Origin: Macrostomum lignano
Lineage: Eukaryota
Length of the DNA: 64,000 nucleotides
Reading direction: 5' to 3'
Assembly: GCA_002269645.1 (NCBI GenBank)
Contig: NIVC01000471.1
Span: 62,001-126,000, forward strand
A program made the position numbers and the translations under genes. Positions 12,861 to 25,599 of this stretch are shown here, piece after piece (the first letter of the stretch is position 1; every line of letters begins with the position of its first letter). A model generated the notes under the pieces. That model saw nothing but the letters and a program-made list of their open reading frames with translations. It did no database searches and had not been told where the DNA came from.

Positions 12861-13409
12861 CTACCTGTTCCTCCCGTATTTTCTTCGTTCTTCTCCATCC
12901 TTTTCGTTGTATCCCGTCGTTTTCGTAGTGCAAATTTTTAATGCAATCATCAACTCTTGCAGTGTTGCAGTCATGCGCGTGGGGAAAGCTTCCCCATGGA
13001 ATGTATACGTTGCTGAGCGATACTCTCAGGCTAGAGGATAATTTAAATGTTTGTCAGGTTATTATTCATAGTTGCCACCCCTGCTCAAATTTTGAGCAAT
13101 CGCTAAGAAAATTAAGCTGCTCAAATGCTTAATTTTATTTGGTTCTGCTCAAAAAAGTAATTATTTTTTTGCTTGTCTATTTTTTAATTCTATTGCTGAA
13201 AAGTCATTCTAAATAAAGTAAGAAAGGTCAAAATGTTTCTTGTTCCTATTTTTGGGTCATTAGTTTTGTAATTTTCTCTATAAACTTGTACGTAGAAGTC
13301 TATGTATAAGTATATTATATGTATAAGTAGTGAAAATACTAAAGTGGGAATCTAGGGAAGTAGTAGTTTAGGTACTATAAAATTCAAGTCACATTTCAGC
13401 CACATTCTA

Positions 13410-14135
13410 ATGCCCACTGATCGAAAAACGAAGTGGAATGCTACCTGGTTATCTTAACATGACCATTCGGGGTCAAAATAACACGCTGGTGCCAGAAAGA
13501 CGACGAAAATGACGATGAAGCCACATGTAGATTGTGCAACCGTGGAGTAAATTTTCGTCAACATGGCATTGCTGCTTTGCTACATGCTGATGGTGCAAAG
13601 CACAAGGCTCTTTCTCGGGCTATTGTTGCTGCTGACAGTCAGCAAAAAATCAATGCTTTTTCCCAATCACTCCATCTGAGAACCAACAGCTAAAAAAAGT
13701 GGAGGCAGAGGCATCTTTGCCCCAACAGACCATGGCGGCGAGCCTACGATTCGAACTGCTTGTTGTTCGGAAAGACCTATCATTCAAAACTATGGACGAA
13801 ATTTCTGAAACACTGCCTGTTGCTATTCCTGATAGCAGTGTTGCTCAGAACTTTTCATGTGGAAGAACCAAGACAACGTACCTGGTCACTGATGCACTTG
13901 CCCCACATGCTAAGGAGGAAATGTTTAAGAGCCTTCGTGACCCTCCCTTTTCAATTCTGCTTGTTGAGGGCATGAAACGTGACCGCTGCTGGCTGGTTTT
14001 ACTGGCCCGCACTTTCTGCATTGAAAGGCAGAAGGTAATTCTTCTCTACATTGGTTCAGAGGAGCTTAAAAATTCATCGGCGTCAAATATGAAGAACACC
14101 GTTTTGTCCTTGCTATCCCAAGCCAAATTGCCTGC
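13410..14135 (+). pseudogene. hAT-superfamily transposase, N-terminal fragment
   Basis: BED-like finger CRLC..HADGAKH, then PDSSVAQNFSCGRTKTT..LAP..FSILL. Contains stops and frameshifts and is truncated near 14135. Confidence 0.75.
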
Positions 14136-15121
14136 AAGGCGCCGCCGAGGCATCGGGCGCCGAGGCTTCGGCCGCCGAGGCCACCGATCCCGACCCAGAT
14201 GTGCTGGGCAGTGTCATCTGTAGCTCAGACGACACGGAAGCTAAGGCACCGTCAGCAGGGGCAGGAGCAGCGGTTTTGCGCGCGTTTGCGCGGAACGCCG
14301 ACCGTATAGCACCCGTGATAGTCGCCCTTCGACGGTGCATTCTCTGGCGGGCTTTAAAGTTGTAGTGGGGGACAACCTTTTAGTTTAAATTCTCATTAGT
14401 TACTACAATCATAAAACAGCATACTCTTAAACTTAGCAACCTGTTTCACATCTTGAAGGCAAAAGTTTAATACGTACAATGCCGGGCCAATATAAAGGGT
14501 ACGAATATCGGGAGTAAGGTATGGGTATTAAAAAGTTATTTCACTACACTCTGTAAAGTTAATACGTACGTAAAGTTGTAAATTTTATTGAGTAGGAAAA
14601 TAGTTACTTCACATACGTTCTCTGTATACTGCCTTCCGGTTTTAATACGTACTTGGAAATTGATACGTTGCAAATTCGGATAAATTAGTACGCAGTAAAA
14701 ATTTAGCACTTCATACGCGTTGCTACTTTAAGAGCAAATTTAAGTGCATATTCTTTTCAAAATTCTTTTCACTCACCATACTGTAGGCCAAATTTTTTCT
14801 TCAAGCTTTGGAACTGTCGGTGTTGCGTCCAGTGCCACCTGCCCGCCCTGGTCGCAACAGGCGCCACATGCCGCTCGGTGTCAGGCCGGACTTGCTGTTC
14901 TGCCCGCTCCGCTTCGCCTTCGACAGCCTGCGAGTGGGGCTCCGGGTCGACGCTTTCCGGGAAAGCCAGAAAGGACGCCATGAATGATTCGGCCATAGAC
15001 AATGCGGTGTCATAGGCGACGGCGTCAGACTCCTTCAGGAATGTTTCAGTAGGAGTTGGGTATTTGCTAGAGATTGTAAATTATACGCACATTAATATAA
15101 AGAGACATTTTTGATCACTTA

Positions 15122-17535
<2,414 letters not shown>

Positions 17536-17824
17536 AACTTGATCACGTTATAGGTGCTAGCTAAGAAGGGTAGAACAAAAAGAATTTGCGAGGCAGAGAA
17601 AAAATGAGCGGGGGGTTTCTTTTCATACCAAGCTGCAGTGGTCCTCACTTCAATGAATTCTGATTGGCTCTCAGAATTTGCTACCTTTGAAAAAACCGAT
17701 ATTGTAAAGTACATTCTTTAAGAATTTCACACACCTTTGACGTAGCAAAGTCTATGGGTAGTAAAATTTGGCCTCCATCCTAATAAAAACAATTTGAGAC
17801 GCCGAAAAGGTCTCCATCTCCATC

Positions 17825-17948
17825 GCAGGCGCTACTTTGACTGGCGCCGGTCAAAGTACTTCCCAGAGGTCTCACGGACGAAAAAGAGTATTTTGGTACC
17901 TTCCGAATTTCATACACATCTTATGTAGCAAAGTCTATGGGTAGTAAA
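17825..17948. repeat. 124-bp direct repeat, copy 2
   Basis: Matches 15997-16120. Confidence 0.9.
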
Positions 17949-18177
17949 TGATTTGAATTTTAGTACGTACTGAAAATTTCATACGTAAACGACGTACGCA
18001 ATTTAGAGGGTAGGAAAATCCGAACGTGGCAAAATACTGAATAATAGAGCGGCCCTTCTAATCCTCTACCCTGGTACTGTTGAATTCACGGAAACGCCTG
18101 GCATTGGAAACGATACAAAACGTTTCCCCTATTAGGGCCCTTCTTATCCCCTGCCCAGTTGTTGAATTCATTAGTAG

Positions 18178-18267
18178 TACATGAGAAAATATTGGCCCGA
18201 CCACACAATACACGTCCCTAATATTAATCTAGCTCTCCAAAGACACTGGCTCTTAAGTATGGAGTAA
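18178..18267 (+). CDS. Small orphan exon 'orfX', copy B (YMRKYWPDHTIHVPNINLALQRHWLLSME*)
   Basis: Homologous to 9336-9425 (-) and convergent with the penton stop. Confidence 0.5.
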   Translation, partial: YMRKYWPDHTIHVPNINLALQRHWLLSME

Positions 18268-18334
18268 CCTATGAAAAAGATTACGAAAGCTACTATAACT
18301 TTGCAGAAATCATTAGGCAATTGTAATTTTTTCC

Positions 18335-19169
18335 TCACATTCTCTCGATGATCAACGTCAATACAAACTCTTCACCGTTGAAATCAACACCCACCCCATC
18401 TTCAGTTTCAAACTGTAGCACAATCTCGTGAATCTCCTTATTACTCAACACAACTTTTTTTCACTGGATTTGGTTTCTTTACCAGCATCTGTCCTCCAGT
18501 TACAGAGTTAGAGATGTTGTACAAAATATTCGTTCGCTTTCCCTTAAATACCCAATCAAGACTAAGATTACTTTTGATGAGAATATTCAAACCCTTTAGA
18601 ATGTCTGCAATATTGGGTGCTAAGAACAAACCGCTTACACTTTCCCGGGCCATGCTAACGACCCCCGATGATTTCGGCGCTTAAGTGCCGGTCTGCGCCG
18701 TGGATTTTACCTTATAAACTTTCTTCTCGAATCCCAATTCCCTATACCAAGTGTCATCTTTAAACTCAACCTCCGCAGCTTTGTGAACTTAAATGACCAC
18801 TCTTATTACAGTGAGATCATAGGCTAGTTGGACAGGGAACAGTTCTGGCTTAATCAGATTAGGTGTCTCAAAACGGCCTCTTTTAAGTTAAAACTTTTTC
18901 TAGAAAGTAATTGTAGGTATCCACACCTTGCGTGCTCACAGGGAATGCCACAGGTTCTGCTGCCGCACCTTTTAATTTGTAATAAAACTTATTATTTGCT
19001 GCTGCAACATTGGGAACGTTTGACCAACCAGTGCAGTCGTTAAGCAAATCGTCTGATCTAATTTTTCAACAAATATCCCGTTTGAGTCATTAATTGGCCC
19101 AGTTATTGCAAAAGGAATGCTCTCCTTTGAGTGAGAAATATTATTTAGTCTTTCAGAAATCGCTTTCAT
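18335..19169 (-). pseudogene. Polinton minor capsid protein (penton), frameshifted
   Basis: Pieces across frames: WSNVPNVAAANNKFYY, ELGFEKKVY, TNILYNISNSV, and C-terminal EIVLQFETEDGVGVDFNGEEFVLTLIIERM*, which resembles the penton DFNGE motif. Confidence 0.75.
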
Positions 19170-19194
19170 TTTTTGTACTAAAAATTTTTAAACT

Positions 19195-19420
19195 TTACTG
19201 GATGAATTGTTGATCGTGTTAAGCTTCACCAAATGCATAGATAATGTACAGGTCCACGGGTGTTGCGACAGTCCTCTCAATGTTAGTCACGATACTCACA
19301 GGGCTGTTATCAGTAGGCATTTGTCTGGCAGACACATCAGCGCCAAACATCGGATATAGAGTTCCATATTGAAGTGTAGTGACTCCTCTCTTGGTGTTCC
19401 TTTGCAGGATTTTTTAAAGG
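19195..19420 (-). pseudogene. Probable C-terminal fragment of Polinton major capsid protein (hexon)
   Basis: YGTLYPMFGADVSARQ..SPVSIVTNI..DLYIIYAF resembles the LYPxFxFDVS end of Polinton MCPs. It lies directly upstream of the penton on the same strand. Confidence 0.55.
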
Positions 19421-19734
19421 CGCATACTGGTTGGATTCTAATTGATTGATGATTTCCAAGTGTTTTTCGTAGCTTCCCAGGTGACCAGGGTCGGTGTTAA
19501 ACTTTTGTTTGAATGCTTCTCTTAGTAAATTACTTTTGTCTTGAAATGAGACGCCTTTTGAAAAATATTTGTTGACTTAATCTTTTGCTGAATTGGCTTT
19601 TGACATTTTTTCTCTAAAATAATAAAAAAATTGAGGGTGACCACTCTGATAGAAAAGTTGAACTGTTTCTACATCCTCGTCACATCCGCATTGTTGTAAA
19701 CCCAGCATTGTGCAGTGTCATGATGGCTTTGTGA

Positions 19735-20159
19735 CAACGCTATGGTGGTAACTTAGATTCACATGGATTAATTGAAAAGCTTCCTCATCCAAACAGAGGC
19801 TGGACAATTCCCGGGTACAAATATTGCGGGCCTTTGAATCCACTTGAAATTCAGTTAAAAACAATAATCCAAATCCTGGGCATGAGCCTGTGAACGAGCT
19901 CGACTCTGTCTGCATGTGGCACGACGTTAAGTATAGGGATTTTGCAGAGAAGAATCGCTGGGACAAGGAAATGCTTAGGAGACTAGACAATATGGGGACT
20001 TCAAGCGGGTGGAGGGAATCGATTGCTTGGAAGCTAGTTAAAGCTGTTATTTTTGGTAAGACAAAGTTGGGGTTGGGGCTTGGCGGCTTGGGAGAAGGGG
20101 CGAGTTTTGTATTGCATGCGCCAAGTAAAGAACTAGGAAGACTGCTGACTGGGGGTTGA
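19735..20159 (+). pseudogene. PLA2X copy B (4-nt deletion near 19856)
   Basis: Same motifs as copy A. Has TGG where copy A has TGA, and ends KTKLGLG. Confidence 0.88.
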
Positions 20160-20181
20160 GAGAGCAGAATAATTTTCTCTT

Positions 20182-20309
20182 CACTTGTGTGGAGAGAAGA
20201 GAAGTGAAGGCCAGAAAGCCAGTCTGCGATAAAATTTGGCCTTACTCGAGGCCAAAATCCTTTGCATTCTGGCCTTTTGGCCTTTGCTTCTCTTCTCTCC
20301 ACACAAGTG
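20182..20309. repeat. Inverted repeat with about 41-bp arms
   Basis: CACTTGTGTGGAGAGAAGAGAAG.. pairs with ..CTTCTCTTCTCTCCACACAAGTG. Confidence 0.85.
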
Positions 20310-20989
20310 TACAGTCTTGAGCACTGGTTTCGGCTACAATCTCTCTTTCCAACATGCTTCTCCTTCATGCTCCTCACCTCCTCACCCTATGCTCTGTGTA
20401 CAGAGAAGTCTCACCCTTCACTTTCACACGCCTAATGTTCTATCGTACATTGAGCTATATCGATTACTTTTCCCTGCTTGACTCCAAGATTTTACAGTCC
20501 AGAATTTTCTGGAATTTTCTACGGCTAGCTGTATTTAAGCAAACACTGAAACATTCGGGCTTCTTCTCCCCACATATGCAATCAACTGCGACTGAGAAAC
20601 GACGATTGCACGAACCTAGATCGAAACTAAGGACTGTACAAAATCTGACAGCCGTGCTGCACGCTGAAAGCGATCTAAGAAATTGTCCGCCAGGCTAGAA
20701 GATAGTAGATAGTAGATAGTAGAAGAGACTAGAAGACTTAGAAAATGGAAGTCGAGTGGAATCTTTATTTGACAGATAAGCAAGGCCTTTGTGCCATGCT
20801 ACAAAGAATGTTACAGGATATGCCGTCACATCTACAAGCAAGAAAGGAACTAACCACCTTTTTCGGTCTAGTGTAGAGTATTATACCTCCCAGAAAAGTT
20901 ATTTAAAATTGTTAACGTACTACTTAAATAGTAATTTGAGGAGCATGTATAAGGATATGCGCTGAACCATACATACTCGTATATTCGAA

Positions 20990-21290
20990 TGAACCAATAG
21001 AAAGAGAGAAATCTCGAGCATGCTAATTTTAGAAATCACCCAATCACGTGCGACCAACAACTGTCAATTCAAACCCCACCTTCAAGTCATCATTTGGTTT
21101 GCACTCGGGTTGCACCCGGATGAACCAATCAAAGTCTACCAGCTACGGTAACCAATCATGCGCTTGTACAGTAGACTAGTTGCGCAACTTTCTACCGTCA
21201 TGATTGACAGCTACCGAATCGTGACCCTTTGACATTTGCGAAGACAGTGATGTACGACCTCGAGAGAGGTCTGAACGCCTATAAATACAA
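20990..21290 (+). promoter_or_regulatory. Multi-CCAAT plus TATA promoter candidate
   Basis: At least four CCAAT boxes, then TATAAATA at 21280-21287, then an ATG exon ending in GTAAG. Confidence 0.5.
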
Positions 21291-22111
21291 GTGGTCCGAA
21301 ACGGACTCAGAGCCAACAATTCCTCCGGAAGTAGAAGAGCTCCGAAGATGAAGCCACTACAGGACTTCCTACAGAAGACTCGTCGAGTTCTTGCGGTAAG
21401 CCTTACTCATTTGCGCCTGTGTTTTGAGACGTCTCGTTGGAGTTTAGTTTGAGTCTGTTGAGACTCCTGAGTCTGTTTAGACTCTACTGGTTGCAGTCTC
21501 CAGAAGGACTGCCCCTGATAGATCTTAGAAGACTATCAGTGGTTTCCGGAGCTATACCTAGAGTGCATAGAGGCACTGCTAGAAGGAGTAGGCTTATATT
21601 AAACCGCAGTTTGGCGCAAGGTACCCATTGTTAAGTTGGAAGCTTCTTATTGGTCCGAACGACAGATACCGACCGGCAAAAGAAGAAAAAGAAACTCGGA
21701 CCAGGACCACAAGTCGAGTCGAATTCAGGCCTGAGCTACAGATCGAGATCTACACGAGATCTACGAAGGACTCAAAGAAGGAGAGATATCTCATAAGAAG
21801 TCAAGGTAATTGAATGCTTGAATGTTTGAATTACTGGGTTGCCTAGCTAAAGAGCTAGAAGTGATTGTTCTTTGATTACCGAAGTCGGGTAATAAGGAAC
21901 ACATCACTAGAAACTGGCGATCTACCAATCGAGTTTTTCGCCATGGCCCCAGATAATATCGCCGCAGCGAATGAAGCGCAAATGTGAGTAGCGAAGAGAA
22001 GAAGACGGCGGATCTGCAGATATTCAGGGAGAAGCTGTACGCATCTTGCGTAACACTAACTGATCAGCTGATCACCAGCTTCCATCTGGCGAGCAGAACA
22101 TCATCACGAAG

Positions 22112-22426
22112 GTGAAGGCGGCTATAGCAAAATACAAGACTCAAATTGGAGGTCTACATTGGATTCTCGAAGTTGGGCGGCTGCTTACAACTTATCGCAC
22201 CGAAGAGAAAAAGAACTTTGGACAAGATGTTAAAGTACGGTTCGCCCAGTTGTGCAAAAATGTAAACATCCAGCGATCAACTGGCTATTTTTACATTCGT
22301 CTGTACAAACTGTCTGTTACCTACCCAGGCTTGAGACAGGTTTCGATGCCAATTAGGGAATTAAACTCTAAGATGAAGTTTCTAGAAGAAATTTTAGCCC
22401 GTGATCCTGCGTGGAAAACTGTGTAA
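22112..22426 (+). CDS. Orphan helical protein (probable terminal part of a spliced gene)
   Basis: Plausible globular composition (RSTGYFYIRLYKLSVTYPGL). No family recognised. Confidence 0.45.
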   Translation: MKAAIAKYKTQIGGLHWILEVGRLLTTYRTEEKKNFGQDVKVRFAQLCKNVNIQRSTGYFYIRLYKLSVTYPGLRQVSMPIRELNSKMKFLEEILARDPAWKTV

Positions 22427-22577
22427 TTTTAGAATTTAGTTCATGTAGAATTTTTCTAACGCGTTAGAATTTTAAACAAGATTCAACTACCGAACTAGGC
22501 AACCGATTGGTTAAGTAGAGGAGGGTAGCAATTTTCTCAGTGCTGCGTGCAACTCAATCGGTGGGTTTGGAATTTTA

Positions 22578-22663
22578 ACGCTGTTAGAAATTTCTATGTG
22601 AAAAGTTTCCCGCAAGATAAGCTTGGGCACACCAAATTTTCACATAGAAATTTCTAACAGCGT
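22578..22663. repeat. Perfect 27-bp inverted repeat with 32-nt spacer
   Basis: ACGCTGTTAGAAATTTCTATGTGAAAA / TTTTCACATAGAAATTTCTAACAGCGT. Confidence 0.9.
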
Positions 22664-23062
22664 CAGAAAATCTAGCTGCTGGCTCAAAGGAACGCTAGGC
22701 TGGCTCTGTATGTTGTTAAAACATTCGAACGCGTTAGACAATTCTGAGATTTTTTTCTGTTTTCTGATGTCTTTTTTTCTATCATTTTTTTACAATCTTG
22801 TAATAGTTAATAAATATCCTATCAGCTGTGCAACCATTAATAAATATATAGTTCTTAAAAATGAATAATAAAATTAATAGGCAAGCTGTAAGAAAAGTAT
22901 CCTCTTCCTTCTCTTCAAATTCACTGTAATTTTTGCAATTTGTAGAATTAGCTCTCAAAAATTCTTTCTTAACTCATAAATGTCTTTCTGTTTTACTTCC
23001 TTAATCTGTTTTGATTTTCTAAAAAACGTCTTTACTAAGCCAACTCTGTTGCTGGAGGACAG

Positions 23063-24356
23063 ATGTTGGTAGAGAATCCAGTGAAAAAAGTTGTGTTGAG
23101 TACCAATTCCATCACATGCAACAAATGCGCCGGTGATCATCAATCTACTGAATGTCCCAAGACTGATGCCCTAAAGTGCGCAAACTGCAATGGCGCACAC
23201 CTGGCTTACTCGCATAAGTGCCCAGTTGCAAAAAAGGCGCACCAACAAGCAAACGCGCGTGAAATTGAACGAGTATCCAACTTAATGCAAGCCAACAACA
23301 AGCAGTATGAAGAAGACTGCTACCGACGACATCTGCCCGAGACTTATCCTGGACTACAACAGTACGCCACTGTAGCTAGGCCACAGTTCGACTCTGCACC
23401 AAGTCTCCGCCCTATGACTGCTGCAATGCCAACCTGCGGCAGTCCAGACGATGGCCTCTGCGTCCCCGAACACATAGTTCCCCTAGGCACTGAAAACAAC
23501 GGAACTGATAATTGGGAGGTTGATCAATATTTAGCTTGGGCTATGGCCGATGATAGCGACCCCGAGTCTAAAGTTTTCGACCTCCCGCTGCTGGCTATTG
23601 GAGGGGTTGTGAACGGTGCCCCTGCTGCTGCCTCCGATTTGACTGCTGCCTCTGCCGCCCTCTTTGAGCTGACCACAGCCGGCCCCGTCTCGAGCAATGC
23701 CTCTGCTGACGCCTCTGCATCGGCTGATGTCCTGTCTGCTGCCGCCTCTGCATCGACTACCTCCAACCGGGGCTCTATATCATCTGCCGCTACGCTCCTC
23801 CTCCTTGGTGATGAGGACGAGGACGTGCCTGGGGAGTTTGCCATGGCTCGCGAGCGCTTTCCACGCATCCTTGCCTCGTTTTTCTGCGGGGATATCGACT
23901 GGCTGAGGTCTCGGCATCCTGGCGGCCTGCTTTCCCAAGACACCTTTATCAGAGCCTTTGATAGGGTTCTCTATACTTTGGTTTCGAGGGGGGCCGGCCT
24001 ACGGGAGGTGCTGGAGGCTGAGAATCTGCACCAGGACTGGTTGATGGGGCGCAATTCGAATGCCTCTGACTCAGAGGCGTACCTGGCCGGTCCTGGAGCG
24101 CGCCCGACTGCGTGGGATGAGCCCGCCGCTATGCAACCCTCTAACTGGGAGGAGCACCTTTCGCTGGTGCGCTATACAGCGTCTCTACGTCTGTGGCGGC
24201 TGGAGGACGATTTAGATTTGGTAAGATATTACATTATATATACATTTCATGTAATCTGTATTTCATATATTCTGTCTATATAGAATGTTTTAATTTTCAC
24301 ATTGCCAGTCATCCGACTACTGCTTCGATAGCGTGGAGGAAGACCCTAGTAATTAG
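23063..24356 (+). CDS. Chimeric ORF: penton-derived start, LINE ORF1-type zinc knuckles, and 'orfY' body. Exons 23063-24220 and 24309-24356
   Basis: CNKCAGDHQSTEC and CANCNGAHLAYSHKCP. The body aligns with 30395-31288. GTAAG donor at 24221 and CAG acceptor at 24308. Confidence 0.6.
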
Positions 24357-24379
24357 CCGTGGGGAAGTAATTAGCCGTG

Positions 24380-25570
24380 GCACCCAACGAGCTAAGGACA
24401 CAAATGGAGGTATGTGGTCTCATCTGAAAAGCCACCACGTTGAAGCCCTATACTTGCTGAAAAGAATGGAAAAAGTTGATAGTGAGCAGAAGAAATGGCA
24501 AAATAATGTCATTGCTGAAGCTGAATATATGCTGCCATCTACCAAGATGAGGCTGACACCATCAACTTCATCACCAGCTTTGTCTGCTAGCTCAATAACA
24601 CCAAAGGGCAAGGCCAACTCAAGTTCCACCCCCCAAGGAACACCAGTTACACCACAGCAGTAGCAACAGCCTATATCTGCATCATTTATGCCCCAATTTA
24701 AAATGCCCAGCAGATGACCCAAAGGCTAAAGAGTTAACAAGGGATATTGGTAAGTCTACTACTAGTCTGACCAGTAATTCTTTTTTCTAAAGACAGTCTT
24801 AAAGTACACTTCAAATTGGCTTGTAAAATACCCCCTTTTCCCACCCACCCTCTTCTTATGGCAGAGCTTATTGCGTTCGACAGGGAGCCATTTAGTCAGG
24901 TTGAGCGACTTGGATTCTCGAGGTTCTTGGCGAAGCGTTTCCCACGCTACTCCATTCTATCCGCCGACTACATGGCGAAGGTTGCTGTGCCACAGCTATA
25001 CGATTCTGTTCGCCAATCATTCGAGAGTGTGCTAAAAGATAGTACATCTTTCGCCCTTAGCACAGATGGCTGGACATCAGCTTGTGGTTCATTTAAAGTC
25101 ATAGGGCTTGTTATGCACTTTATTGCTCCAAGTGGAAAGCTGGAGCAGGTAACGCTCTGCTGCTCCCAAGTTCCTGGTTCACCAACAGGCGAATGTATTG
25201 CAGAGGTTGTGAGAAATGTGAGTAAATTTGGAAAACAAAAAGTAAAAAGTAAAAAAAAACTGATATTGATAAATATCAACGATGAATAATTTTGAGATAG
25301 CCACAGAAATATGTTGTTAAAAGATGAGAGTAGCATAAGGAGAGTAGAATAGTGTAAAAGCATCAATGCTTTTTTCTAAAGCATTGTATATTTGGATTAC
25401 GAGTGTACATTTGGAGTTTATTGTAAAAAACTCCAAAAACTCTAAACTTTTACAGGTGTTATCTGACTGGCATCTAATGGATGCAATTGTTTCCGTTATC
25501 ACTGATGATGGACCAAACGTGAAGAAAGCAATCCGACTGCTGGGCCTTGCTAGGCACTCGTGCGTCCTAT
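24380..25570 (+). pseudogene. hAT (ZBED4/Ac-like) transposase with introns, truncated
   Basis: WSHLKSHH; DDPKAKELTRDI|AELIAFDREPFSQVE; FALSTDGWTS; VITDDGPNVKKA; ends at RHSC. Confidence 0.88.
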
Positions 25571-25599
25571 ATCGACTGCCGATTTGCGTTCATACAGTT

